A stretch of 64,000 nucleotides of DNA from Xanthobacteraceae bacterium (GCA_040510815.1 JBEVIH010000031.1:38033-102032), one strand, 5' to 3'; shown: positions 53,646 through 63,315, counted from the stretch's first letter. The notes: a model not told the origin generated them from the letters alone. Numbers and translations: made by a program.

Positions 53646-54515
53646 ATGCCAAAACGAATGACGGTATTCGCTTCGGCTACGCTTGCCGTTCTCGTATGCG
53701 CTTTGGTCTTGTCGGTGCACTCGAGCTCCGGCCAAGCCGCCACCGACAATTGCCTTGCCAAGCCGAACGCGGCGCCGCCGCAGGGCAGCCATTGGTTTTA
53801 CCGCGTCGATAAAGTCGGCAACCGTCGCTGCTGGTATCTGGGGGCGAAGGACGCGAAGCCGCGCCAGGCCTGGTCACCGAAGCCGCAGCCCGCCCTCAAC
53901 CCGCAGCCCAAGCCAGCACCGCAGCTTATGGCAACCGCAAGCGCCGCGACACCTGCGCAACTTGTCGCCCGCGCGGCCGATGCGAGCGCGACCTCATCGG
54001 CGCTCCCGACATCGGCCAATGCCGTGGACGGCGAGTCGGCGTCGGCGATCGACGGCGCCGGTGAGCATGCCGGCATGCATCCGGAGGACGACATGCCGTT
54101 GACTGTCCTCACCGCTGCCGATCTCGACGCAGCCGAGGCGCTGCCCGGATGGATCCCCAAGTCGGAGCCCAGGCTTGTTTATGTTGCTGCCGCGCTGGCA
54201 CTCCTGATGATCGTGCGCAAGGTTTTCAGACTGTTCGCCATCCGACGACTTCGCCGCCGTCGCCTGATGCTTCGCGAGCAATGGAATCAGGAGCGGGCGA
54301 CGCGCGCGCGCGAACCGATCCCGCAGGCATTCGCCGGCGCCGTCGCGGCAACCCGCCCGGCGCGCTCTCACCGCAACTCGGTTGCGATACCGCGCACCGC
54401 CGAGATCCCACGCCCACCGGCCGATGACCGTGATTCCGATCACGGCTTCCAATCGCTCGAAGCTAAGGAAAGCTTGCAGCACCTCTTGTATGGTGGGCAG
54501 CGCGTGGCGGCATGA
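53646..54515 (+). CDS. hypothetical exported/membrane protein
   Basis: Strong AAGGAGGG RBS before the ATG at 53646. Signal peptide MPKRMTVFASATLAVLVCALVLSV, a Cys-containing module (DNCLAKPNAAPPQGSHWFYRVDKVGNRRCWYLG), a Pro-rich linker, and a C-terminal TM helix (LVYVAAALALLMIV). Confidence 0.6.
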   Translation: MPKRMTVFASATLAVLVCALVLSVHSSSGQAATDNCLAKPNAAPPQGSHWFYRVDKVGNRRCWYLGAKDAKPRQAWSPKPQPALNPQPKPAPQLMATASAATPAQLVARAADASATSSALPTSANAVDGESASAIDGAGEHAGMHPEDDMPLTVLTAADLDAAEALPGWIPKSEPRLVYVAAALALLMIVRKVFRLFAIRRLRRRRLMLREQWNQERATRAREPIPQAFAGAVAATRPARSHRNSVAIPRTAEIPRPPADDRDSDHGFQSLEAKESLQHLLYGGQRVAA

Positions 54516-54555
54516 GCCTGCGCGCTGGGCGGCCAGCGTGTGCTGGTAGGCAAAT

Positions 54556-56901
54556 CTAGGGAGTGGTCGCCTTGGTGACCTGCGCACCGGCGCTCGCAAT
54601 CGCCTGCCACACGCGATACGGCGTGCACGGCGTGTCGATGTGCCTGATGCCGAGCACCGACAGCGCATCGACGATGGCGTTGACGCCGGCCGACAGCGAG
54701 CCGACCGTGCCGGCTTCGCCGGCGCCCTTCACGCCGAGCGGATTGGACGGCGTCGGCACCGGATTGTCCTCGATCACCACGGCGCAGAAGTTGTCCGCCC
54801 GCGGCATGGCGTAATCCATGAACGAGCCGCTGAGCACCTGGCCGGCCTCGTCATAGGATTTGTCCTCCATCAGCACCTGGCCCATGCCCTGGGCGATGCC
54901 GCCCATGATCTGGCCCTTGACCAGCATCGGGTTGATCACGGTGCCGACGTCGTCCACCACCCAATAGCCGACCATCTGCGTGCTGCCGGTCTGCGGATCG
55001 ATCTCGACCTCGCAGACGTGGCAGCCATTGGGAAAATTGCCGCTGAGGGCGCGATAGGTGGCGGTCTCGTAGAGGCCGGGCTCCATGCCGGCCGGCAGCT
55101 TCTCCAACTGGAACGCGGCCTTCGCCAGCTCGTGGATAGTCACGGCGCGGTCGGTGCCGGCGATGGTGAAGCGACCGTCGGTGAACTCGATGTCGCCCTC
55201 GGCGGCTTCCAGGATGTGCGCGGCAAGCTTGCGGCCCTTGGCGATGATCTTGTCGCTGACCATGACAAGAGCGCCGCCGCTCATGGTGGTCGAGCGCGAG
55301 CCGCCGGTGCCCATGCCGAAGGCCACCGCGTCGGTGTCGCCCTGGATGATTTTCACCCGTTGCGGATCGACCCCCAGCCGGTCCACCAGGATCTGCGTCT
55401 GCACGGTGGCATGACCTTGGCCGTGCGAGATCGAGCCGGTCACCAGCGTCAGCCCGCCGAGCGGATCGAAGCGGACCTCGGCGGTCTCGTAGGTGGGATC
55501 GGCAGCCTGCTCGATGGTGTTGGAGATGCCGATGCCGCGCAGCATGCCGCGCCTCGCCGCCTCCGCCCGCCGCCGCGCAAAGCCGGCCCAGTCCGCCAGC
55601 GTCATGGTGCGATCGAGGTTCTCCTCGAACCGCCCGCTGTCGTAGGTGAACGTGAGCGGCGTCTTGTAGGGCATCGCCTGCGGCGGGATGGTGTTGCGGC
55701 GGCGCAGCTCCGCCGGGTCGACGTCCATCCGGTCGGCGGCGATGTCGATCAGCCGCTCGATCATGTAGGAGGCTTCCGGCCTGCCGGCCCCGCGATAAGG
55801 CGAGGTGCAATGGGTGTTGGTCAGCATGCCGGACACTTCCACATGCAGCGCCGGCGTCGTGTAGGTGCCGACCACCGTGCCGATATTGATGACCGGAGGC
55901 ATGGCGCCGCGGAACGACACGAAGGCGCCGAGATTGCCGAAGCTGCGGATTTTCACGGCCAGGAACCTGCCGTCAGGGTCGAGCGCAAGCGCGGCATCGA
56001 CGATATTGTCGCGCGCGTCGTCATCGCTGATGTGCGCTTCGTTGCGGGTCTGCGCCCATTTTACCGGCCGGCCGACGCGGCGCGCCGCCCATAACATCAA
56101 AACGATCTCCGGATAGACCGAGCCGCGCAGGCCGTAAGAGCCGCCGATATCGCCGGTGATCAGCCGCAGCTCGGCCTCGGGGATCTTGAGCGTGGTGCGG
56201 GCGATGTCGTTGCGGAACAGCCAGGGCCGCTGGAAGCCGCAATGCAGGGTGTAGCGGCCGGTGCCGGCATCATAGACCCCGGTGACGCCGCGCAGCTCGA
56301 TCGGATTGGCGGTCACCCGGTTGATGACCAGGCGCTGCTCGACGACGTGCGCCGCGGCGGCGAAGGCGGCATCCACCTTGGCCTTGTCGCCGGCCTGGTA
56401 GACATAGGCCTCGTTGTTCGAGCATTCGTCGTAGAGCTGCGGCGCGTCCGGTGCGAAGGCGTCGCGCGCCGATACGACAGCAGGCCGCGGAGCATAGTCG
56501 ACGACAACACACTCGGCGGCATCGAGCGCCTGGTCGAGCGTATCGGCGACCGCCAGCGCGACCGGGTAACCCACATGCATCACGCGGTCGAGCGCAAGCG
56601 CCGGCCGCGGCGGCAGGAACATCGGGCCGCCACCGCGCGTCTTGTAGGGCGCCATCGACGGCAGCGAGCCGAGGCCGTCGGCGCGATAATCCTCCCCGGT
56701 GAGCACGGCATAGACGCCCGGCATCTGCAGCGCCGCGCGCGTCTCGATGCCGGTGATGCCGGCATGGGCATGCGGCGAGCGCACGATCGCCGCATTCAGC
56801 TGATCGGCGAGCTTGAGATCGTCGAAAAAGCGGCCCTGCCCCCGCAGCAGGCGCGGGTCCTCGCGCCGCAACACCGATTGTCCGATGGCAAATTCACCCA
56901 T
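54556..56901 (-). CDS. xanthine dehydrogenase/CO dehydrogenase-family molybdopterin-binding large subunit (CoxL form-II-like)
   Basis: 781 aa. N-terminal IGQSVLRREDPRLLRGQGRFFDD, the active-site loop SPYRGAGRPEA (AYRGAGR-type), and C-terminal NPLGVKGAGEAGTVG. Confidence 0.85.
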   Translation of the reverse strand: MGEFAIGQSVLRREDPRLLRGQGRFFDDLKLADQLNAAIVRSPHAHAGITGIETRAALQMPGVYAVLTGEDYRADGLGSLPSMAPYKTRGGGPMFLPPRPALALDRVMHVGYPVALAVADTLDQALDAAECVVVDYAPRPAVVSARDAFAPDAPQLYDECSNNEAYVYQAGDKAKVDAAFAAAAHVVEQRLVINRVTANPIELRGVTGVYDAGTGRYTLHCGFQRPWLFRNDIARTTLKIPEAELRLITGDIGGSYGLRGSVYPEIVLMLWAARRVGRPVKWAQTRNEAHISDDDARDNIVDAALALDPDGRFLAVKIRSFGNLGAFVSFRGAMPPVINIGTVVGTYTTPALHVEVSGMLTNTHCTSPYRGAGRPEASYMIERLIDIAADRMDVDPAELRRRNTIPPQAMPYKTPLTFTYDSGRFEENLDRTMTLADWAGFARRRAEAARRGMLRGIGISNTIEQAADPTYETAEVRFDPLGGLTLVTGSISHGQGHATVQTQILVDRLGVDPQRVKIIQGDTDAVAFGMGTGGSRSTTMSGGALVMVSDKIIAKGRKLAAHILEAAEGDIEFTDGRFTIAGTDRAVTIHELAKAAFQLEKLPAGMEPGLYETATYRALSGNFPNGCHVCEVEIDPQTGSTQMVGYWVVDDVGTVINPMLVKGQIMGGIAQGMGQVLMEDKSYDEAGQVLSGSFMDYAMPRADNFCAVVIEDNPVPTPSNPLGVKGAGEAGTVGSLSAGVNAIVDALSVLGIRHIDTPCTPYRVWQAIASAGAQVTKATTP

Positions 56902-57275
56902 GATCTTTCCGAGCCCCGCCGTAGTCGAGACGCCTGCCGTCGTCGCATGAAAGCGGCATCTTACGACGTCTTCCTATGTGCTTGGTATCGGGCCTTGAAT
57001 GCGCGGCGACAGGTAACCGACGTTTGGACAACCCTGAATATGCTCTTCGCCAATCGCACCCCCGCAGTCCGGGAGGAGGAGCCACCGCATCCGCTGCCCA
57101 ACCGACGGTCGGCTCGACATCGCAAGAGCTCGTCCGCCATGCGCTCAACGTCACGGCTATGCGCGGAAAGGCAGCATTGATCGGCCTTGCAGCGCCACCT
57201 AGTATTGCAGTCAAACTCGGTCTTGGCGGCAGTTCGCCGCGACTAATCGAGAATAGCAACGAGGGAGGACGTCTG

Positions 57276-58475
57276 ATGATACGGATGTGGAGCGCATTCG
57301 CTGTCGGCGCGGCGATCTTGGCCAGCGTCGATCCATCGGCGGCAAAGCAGAACTCATGCGACGGCCCGATCGTGCTCGGGACGACGATCTCCGTCACCGG
57401 CATCAACTCGTCGCTGGCCGGCCGCTGGGACAGAATGACGGAAGCATTCGAAAAAGAATTCAACAAGAGCGGCGGCGTGTTTGTCAGCTCCTGCAACAAG
57501 AAGCTGCCGATCAAGTTTGTCTATTATGACGATCAGAGCATCGCTGCGACCGCGGTGAGCCTCTATGAGAAGATGGCGACCGTCGACAATGTCGACCTGT
57601 TCCTCGGGCCGGACTGGTCGACCCATGGGTTCCCGGTTTCGGCTGTCTTCGAGAAGTACAAAATCCCGAGCGTGATGTCGAACGTCGCCACGCCGAAGGT
57701 GTATCAGAGCGGCTTCAAATACATCGCCGGCATTGCGCTCGACGCCAGGACTTGGTCGAAGAACTATTTCGAAATGCTCGCCGGCATGAATCCAAAGCCG
57801 AAATCGGTCTTCTGGATCGTGCAGGACAACCTGGTGACCAAGGCAGTTCACGAGAGCGGCATCCCGTTGGCCGACAAGGTCGGGGTGAAGACCGTCGGCA
57901 CCGAGCACTTCGCCGGCACCACCAAGAACTTCTCCGGGGCCATTCTGAAGGTCAAGGCTGCGCAACCGGACGTCATCTACATATCGGCGTTCGATGCGGT
58001 CTCGGTGCCCCTGATCCAGCAGATGCGTCAGCTGCAGGTCAAGGCGATGGATGTGCACCACATCATGGCGAACGGCTCGATGGCGCGTCAGGCCGACCTC
58101 GAGGGCGTTTCCGGTGAGATCTATTGGCACGAGGGCTTGGGTGGAAACTATACCGACTTCGCCCGCGCGGTCCTCGCGCAGGCTGACATCAAGGTCTTCG
58201 ATTATCTTTGGACGATCGGCCGCATCGACGCCTATCTCGTGATGCTGCAGGCGATCGAACGGGCTGGCGCCGTCGACCGCGAGAAGGTCACCGCCGAGTT
58301 GCGCAAGCCCGGCGCGTCGTGGAAGCACGTCGGCGGCGAGTTCCAGTTCGATGAGGGTGGCTTGTCGCAGATCGTCTCGTATACCCACCAGATGCAGAAA
58401 GGTGAGCCGGTCGTGGTGTGGCCCGCCGCTCAGGCGAACGGCAAGATGATGTGGCCGGCGCCGTCCTGGCGCTGA
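57276..58475 (+). CDS. ABC transporter substrate-binding protein (LivJ/branched-chain amino acid-type, periplasmic binding protein family 6)
   Basis: GAGGGAGGA RBS before the ATG at 57276. Signal peptide MIRMWSAFAVGAAILASV, then IVLGTTISVTG.. and the type-I PBP pattern. Confidence 0.8.
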   Translation: MIRMWSAFAVGAAILASVDPSAAKQNSCDGPIVLGTTISVTGINSSLAGRWDRMTEAFEKEFNKSGGVFVSSCNKKLPIKFVYYDDQSIAATAVSLYEKMATVDNVDLFLGPDWSTHGFPVSAVFEKYKIPSVMSNVATPKVYQSGFKYIAGIALDARTWSKNYFEMLAGMNPKPKSVFWIVQDNLVTKAVHESGIPLADKVGVKTVGTEHFAGTTKNFSGAILKVKAAQPDVIYISAFDAVSVPLIQQMRQLQVKAMDVHHIMANGSMARQADLEGVSGEIYWHEGLGGNYTDFARAVLAQADIKVFDYLWTIGRIDAYLVMLQAIERAGAVDREKVTAELRKPGASWKHVGGEFQFDEGGLSQIVSYTHQMQKGEPVVVWPAAQANGKMMWPAPSWR

Positions 58476-58488
58476 GCGTTCCGGCCTG

Positions 58489-58536
58489 GTCAGGTGCTGC
58501 GCCAAGTAAGGCGCCAAGCGCGGCGCGGCACCTGAC
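58489..58536 (+). promoter_or_regulatory. intercistronic 15-bp stem hairpin between SBP and permease genes
   Basis: gtcaggtgctgcgcc / ggcgcggcacctgac (one G-U pair) with an 18-nt loop, located between the stop at 58475 and the start at 58555. Confidence 0.4.
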
Positions 58537-58554
58537 GGCAGGATCGGCCACGGC

Positions 58555-59430
58555 ATGACGGCGATCATCATCCAGTTGCTGATCGGTGGCGTCCTGTTGG
58601 GCGGGCTCTACGCGCTGATCGCCTTTGGACTGTCGCTGATCTACGGCGTCGCGCGCGTCCTCAATTTTGCGCACGGGACCCTGCTGGCGATCGCCGGCAT
58701 CGCCGCCAGCGTGATGTCCGCCGCGTGGGGGCTGAACCCGCTGCTGATCGCGGCAATCCTGCTTCCGGTGTTTTTCGCCTTCGGCTGGCTCATGTATGTC
58801 GTTTTGCTCGAGCCGCTGAAGGCGCGCAGTCCGATGCAGACGGTGGTCGGAACCGTCCTGGTCACGGTCGGTCTGCTCCTGATCCTCAGCGACCTTGCGG
58901 CTCAGTTTGCCGGTCCGACCAACCGCAACATCAGGCTCGACCTTGACGTGTTCGCGTTCGGCGGCATCATCGTTTCGACCACGGAGCTTTACATCCTGCT
59001 CGGCATCGTCGGCTTGACGCTGGCGCTGCATGTCATCCTGACACGGACCTGGTTTGGCCGCGCGGTGCGCGCGGTAACGCAGGACAGCGTCGGCGCTCGC
59101 ATTTGTGGCGTACGCGCCGGCGCGATTCACGCCGCAACCGTCGCGTTCGGCTCGGCGATCGTGGCGATCGCCGGGGTGCTCTACACGCTGAACTTCCCGG
59201 TCAATCCCTATGTCGGGTTCGAGCTGACCGTGAAGGCGTTCACGATCATCATCCTGGGCGGGATCGGCAGCCTGCCGGGCGCCTTGCTCGCCGGCATCTT
59301 TCTCGGCGTGGCCGAGGCGCTCACCGGCTTCTTCTGGAGCTCGGATTGGGCGCCGGGACTGAGCATCATGCTATTGCTGGCAATCCTGATCTTGTTCCCG
59401 CAGGGCTTTCTGTCGCGGAGCGCGACATGA
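58555..59430 (+). CDS. branched-chain amino acid ABC transporter permease (LivH-type)
   Basis: MTAIIIQLLIGGVLLGGLYALIAFGLSLIYGVARVLNFAHG is a canonical LivH N-terminus. Confidence 0.85.
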   Translation: MTAIIIQLLIGGVLLGGLYALIAFGLSLIYGVARVLNFAHGTLLAIAGIAASVMSAAWGLNPLLIAAILLPVFFAFGWLMYVVLLEPLKARSPMQTVVGTVLVTVGLLLILSDLAAQFAGPTNRNIRLDLDVFAFGGIIVSTTELYILLGIVGLTLALHVILTRTWFGRAVRAVTQDSVGARICGVRAGAIHAATVAFGSAIVAIAGVLYTLNFPVNPYVGFELTVKAFTIIILGGIGSLPGALLAGIFLGVAEALTGFFWSSDWAPGLSIMLLLAILILFPQGFLSRSAT

Positions 59431-61268
59431 CCGCAGCGCGGCGGTTGCCGGGTCGGTTGCTCATTGCCGCCGTTCTGGTCGCCGCCGCCTTGGTCCCGGT
59501 GTTCGGCGGGGCCTACCTGACGACCTTCCTGTTCACGCTGCTCTACGCCTACATCGTCGCGCAGAGCTGGGACTGGCTGCACGGCGAAGCCGGCTACGTA
59601 AACCTCGGCCACTACATCTACTTCGGCGTCGGCGCCTATGCGTTTGCCATCGCCAATGTGAATGGCGTGCCGGTGGTCCTTTCATTCCTGGTCGCCGCCC
59701 TGGTCACGGGGGCGATGGGAGCGCTGCTGAGCTTCCCGCTGTTCCGGCTGCGCGGCGATTACTTTGCCTTCGCCACGCTCTCGTTGCTGCCGCTGTTCGA
59801 GCTGTTGGCCTCGAACCTCGTCCCGATCACGCGCGGCTCGGACGGCATTCTCCTGCCGCCGGCAACCGCGATGGTCTACGGCATCGACGTCAAGATGTTC
59901 GCTTACTACGTCGCACTGGCGGGATCGGTCGCGGTGTTCTGCCTGAGCATGTGGATGAGCCATACCCGGTTCGGCTATGCGCTGAAGGCGATCCGCAACG
60001 ACGAGCAGGCGGCGGAGGTCGTCGGCATCCGGATCTTTCCGATCAAGCTGCAGGCGATGGCCTACGGCGCGGTCGCGGCGGCCGTCGCCGGCGGCACCTA
60101 CATCTGGTCGTTCCGTTATATCGAGCCGCGCACGGTCTTTGGGCTCGACGTCGCCCTTATTCCGGTGGCGATGGCGCTGCTCGGCGGCTCCGGGCTGCTG
60201 TGGGGCCCCCTGGTCGGGGCCATCCTGCTGTCGGTCGGGATCCAACTGCTCATTCTCAATCTGACGATGCTGCAGTTCACCATCATCGGTCTTGCCATCC
60301 TGCTGATCGGGCGCTTCATGCCTGGCGGGCTGTTGCGCGCCGGTTGGGTACAGCGCGTTCCGTTGCTCGCACCATTGGGCCATGAGCACCATGAGCGGAT
60401 CGCCGCCGCGGCCGCCGCCGCGACCAACACCGCACCCATGGCGGCGGCGGACGGCCTGCCGCTCGCAAGAGTCAAACCTGATCGCGCGCGCGTGCTGCTG
60501 GCGACGCGCGATCTGACGATGGCGTTCGGCGGCAACGTGGCCGTGAACCGGGTGAGCCTCGAGGTCCGCGAAGGCGAGATCCTGGGCCTGATCGGCGCCA
60601 ACGGCTCCGGCAAGACCACCCTGTTCAACTGCCTGTCGAAAGTGTTCGAGCCGATCGAGGGTGATATCGTGTTTGCCGGCGAGAGCCTGCGGGGGCTGCG
60701 GCGCGATACCGTGTCTCGGCTCGGCATCGGCCGCACCTACCAGATTCCGCGGCCGTTCAGCGATTTGACGGTGCAGGAGAACGTCGCGATGCCGCTGATG
60801 TTCCGCGCCGACAATCCGTTGGATCGCCCGAGCGCGATGGCCGAGGCAACCCGCTTCGCCGCCTTCGCTGGTCTAAGCAACAAGCTCGCAGAACGCGCCG
60901 ACCGGCTCACGCTGCAACAGCGCAAGGCGGTTGAATTTGCCCGCGCACTGGCCTGCCGGCCAAGGCTTCTCCTGGTCGATGAGGTGGCATCGGGCCTCAC
61001 GCCGGCCGAAGTCCGGCGCTTCGTCGATCATATCCGCGAGGTCCGCGACACCTACGGTGTCACGGTGATCTGGGTCGAGCACCTCCTCTCGGCGCTGACC
61101 CAGGTGATCGACCGGCTGGTGGTGCTCGAGCAAGGCGCCATCATTGCCGACGGCGCGCCGCACAGCGTGTTGCGCGAAGAGCACGTGCTGCGGTCCTATA
61201 TCGGCACGAGTGTGGCGGTTCAGAAGTCCGCATCATTCTTGCAGCGGGTCCGAGATGCGGACTTCTGA
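59427..61268 (+). CDS. fused branched-chain amino acid ABC permease (LivM-type) + ATP-binding domain (LivG-type)
   Basis: ATGA overlap with livH. N-terminal half is a LivM-like membrane domain. C-terminal half has GANGSGKTTLFN, a signature-like LTLQQRKAVEFARAL and LLLVDEVASGL. The last ~17 codons lie inside a palindromic element. Confidence 0.8.
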   Translation: MTAARRLPGRLLIAAVLVAAALVPVFGGAYLTTFLFTLLYAYIVAQSWDWLHGEAGYVNLGHYIYFGVGAYAFAIANVNGVPVVLSFLVAALVTGAMGALLSFPLFRLRGDYFAFATLSLLPLFELLASNLVPITRGSDGILLPPATAMVYGIDVKMFAYYVALAGSVAVFCLSMWMSHTRFGYALKAIRNDEQAAEVVGIRIFPIKLQAMAYGAVAAAVAGGTYIWSFRYIEPRTVFGLDVALIPVAMALLGGSGLLWGPLVGAILLSVGIQLLILNLTMLQFTIIGLAILLIGRFMPGGLLRAGWVQRVPLLAPLGHEHHERIAAAAAAATNTAPMAAADGLPLARVKPDRARVLLATRDLTMAFGGNVAVNRVSLEVREGEILGLIGANGSGKTTLFNCLSKVFEPIEGDIVFAGESLRGLRRDTVSRLGIGRTYQIPRPFSDLTVQENVAMPLMFRADNPLDRPSAMAEATRFAAFAGLSNKLAERADRLTLQQRKAVEFARALACRPRLLLVDEVASGLTPAEVRRFVDHIREVRDTYGVTVIWVEHLLSALTQVIDRLVVLEQGAIIADGAPHSVLREEHVLRSYIGTSVAVQKSASFLQRVRDADF

Positions 61269-61371
61269 ACCAAAGCCACACTCGATCAATGAGTTGCTAG
61301 TGTCCTTCGATTCCGAAGTTCGCACACGTGCGCGCCGCTTATTGAGGCGAATTTCGTAATCGGGACACTAG
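61211..61371 (+). repeat. palindromic element: 18-bp perfect hairpin (61217-61234 / 61254-61271) plus an outer tgtggc/gccaca extension and a second 9-bp inverted repeat (61297-61305 / 61363-61371)
   Basis: Read directly: ggttcagaagtccgcatc ..19 nt.. gatgcggacttctgaacc. The livMG stop codon (61266-61268) lies inside the right arm. Confidence 0.8.
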
Positions 61372-61386
61372 CGCCAAGGTGGTCGC

Positions 61387-62097
61387 ATGATGCTCGAGGT
61401 TTCACACCTTGTCGTCGATCACGGAGAGCTTCGGGCGCTGTGGGACGTCAGCTTCCATGTCGGCGAAGGCGAACGGGTGGCGCTGCTGGGCGCCAATGGT
61501 GCCGGCAAGTCGACGACGCTCGGCGCCGTGCTCAGCCTCTATCGTCCGGCCAGCGGCACCATTCTTTACTGCGGCAAGCCGGTGACCGGCCGCGAGACGC
61601 ACGACAACGTCGCGGATGGCATCGCGCTGGTGCCCGAGGGCCGCCGCCTGTTCCCGGACATGACGGTGCGAGAGAATCTGCAGATGGGGGCCTATGTGCG
61701 CGCCAGGCGCCACACCGTCGGCGATGGACTGGATCGTTGCTACGCCTTGTTTCCAGTGCTGAAGGAAAAGGCCGATCAGCCTGCGGGCCAGCTTTCGGGT
61801 GGTCAGCAGCAGATGGTCGCCATCGGCCGCGCCTTGATGTCGCGCCCCAGGCTGCTCCTGCTCGACGAGCCCTTCCTCGGCGTCGCTCCGATCATCATCG
61901 AGGAGGTGATGGCCGCGCTGCAACGGTTGTCGCAGGACGGAGTCACCATGCTTCTCGTCGAGCAGAACATCCGCCGTGCGATGGACTTCGTCGCTCGCGC
62001 CTATGTCATCGAGAACGGCAGAACCGTCCTGGAAGGCACGCGGGAATCGCTTCTCGGCGACCCGAATTTCAGCAACAAGTTTCTAGGCCTGGATTGA
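61387..62097 (+). CDS. branched-chain amino acid ABC transporter ATP-binding protein (LivF-type)
   Basis: GANGAGKSTTL, LSGGQQQMVAIGRAL and LLLLDEPFLGVAP. Confidence 0.85.
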   Translation: MMLEVSHLVVDHGELRALWDVSFHVGEGERVALLGANGAGKSTTLGAVLSLYRPASGTILYCGKPVTGRETHDNVADGIALVPEGRRLFPDMTVRENLQMGAYVRARRHTVGDGLDRCYALFPVLKEKADQPAGQLSGGQQQMVAIGRALMSRPRLLLLDEPFLGVAPIIIEEVMAALQRLSQDGVTMLLVEQNIRRAMDFVARAYVIENGRTVLEGTRESLLGDPNFSNKFLGLD

Positions 62098-62191
62098 GTC
62101 GCCAATTCTTGCGACTCGAACCGACGTTTGGCTGAAGCAGGCTCTGAAAGGCGAAGTCCGGACAGCGGCGAATCCGGCGCGGCGTGGTGGC

Positions 62192-63037
62192 TCACGAATG
62201 TTTCTTCGGCGACCAACGGTAGGCCTTGGCGCACGCGCCGCCCATCAGCATCGCTCGCTCACTGTCGCTCAGGCGGTCAGTCTTGAGGAAGGGCTCGACG
62301 GCCTGCTCGTAGTTGACGACGGCGTTCGCGCGGGTCCAGTCCGTGCCCCACAGGCAGCGGTCGAAACCCCAGGCATCGAACACGCGGGCGAGCGGATCCC
62401 AGATGTCCGGAAACGGGTACGGTTCCCGGGACAGCGTGCAGGCGCCGCTCACCTTGATCACGGCGTTCTTGCGCTTGGCAAGCTCCAGCACCTTCGGCAG
62501 ATCGGCCCACGGCTGCGGCGGGGCCGGCGGCGTGCGAGGCTGCAGGATCGCCAGATGATCGATGATGAAGCGTGTATCGGGGTGGCGGTCGATCAACGTC
62601 GTGCCCGCATCCACGTTGCCCCAGCACAGGATGTTGACCGGAAAGTCGTGCTTTACCGCCGCGCGCAGAATCCGGTCGAAGCCCGGGTCATTCGGCTCGC
62701 GCTTCGTTTCCTTCGCCATGATGATGCGGATGCCGACCGCACCCGGTGTCTGCTTCCAGTCCGCGATGACATCGCCGACGGCCGGATCGTCCGGGTCGAC
62801 CGGCTTGACGATCGCGAACCGGTCGGGATGGGCCCGTTGCACGTCCACCGCATAACTCGCGTCGTAGCGGTACAAGCCGAAAGCAGAGATGAAGATCGCG
62901 CCGTCGATGCCGAGCTTGTCCATCGCCGCCACCATCTCGTCACCGGTCGCATGAGCGGGCCAGTTCGGCACCGTGTGCCAGGGTCGCTTCGGCGTGTTCG
63001 CCTCGTAGGCGTGGACCTGGGAGTCGATGATCGTCAA
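62192..63037 (-). CDS. amidohydrolase-2 (PF04909-like) family metal-dependent hydrolase
   Basis: TTG start with AGGAGG 7 nt upstream. MTIIDSQVHAY.. HxH-type N-terminus, with IIDHLA and WGTDW motifs. Confidence 0.8.
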   Translation of the reverse strand: MTIIDSQVHAYEANTPKRPWHTVPNWPAHATGDEMVAAMDKLGIDGAIFISAFGLYRYDASYAVDVQRAHPDRFAIVKPVDPDDPAVGDVIADWKQTPGAVGIRIIMAKETKREPNDPGFDRILRAAVKHDFPVNILCWGNVDAGTTLIDRHPDTRFIIDHLAILQPRTPPAPPQPWADLPKVLELAKRKNAVIKVSGACTLSREPYPFPDIWDPLARVFDAWGFDRCLWGTDWTRANAVVNYEQAVEPFLKTDRLSDSERAMLMGGACAKAYRWSPKKHS

Positions 63038-63059
63038 CGGACGTCCTCCTGGGAGACGC

Positions 63060-63134
63060 TGGCTGGGGCGCCAGGATTCGAACCTGGGAATGGCGGAATC
63101 AAAATCCGCTGCCTTACCACTTGGCTACGCCCCA
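63060..63134 (-). tRNA. tRNA-Gln (anticodon UUG), CCA encoded
   Basis: The reverse complement folds as a cloverleaf: acceptor UGGGGCG/CGCCCCA, D arm GCC-AAGUGGUAA-GGC, anticodon arm GCGGA-UUUUGAU-UCCGC, T arm CCAGG-UUCGAAU-CCUGG, then G-CCA. 75 nt. Confidence 0.9.
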
Positions 63135-63315
63135 TCAGGCGGCGCAATCGCCGCTGCGGCGCGCGGACCATAGCGGCGGGGCGGCGGGCGATCAACGGCC
63201 GGCCGATCGACGGCACCGCCAAAGAAGACCGCAGCACGATCGATGGCCGCCGCGGCGATCGCGCGTAGTCCTCGCCTTAGGTTGACCGCAACAGCCCCCC
63301 CGCTAGATTAGCCCC

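Noticed and set aside
63060-63134. tRNA-Gln as a possible genomic-island integration site or island boundary
   Set aside because: No integrase, excisionase or transposase is in the window. I could not find a direct repeat of the tRNA 3' end elsewhere in the window. Flanking genes are ordinary metabolic genes.
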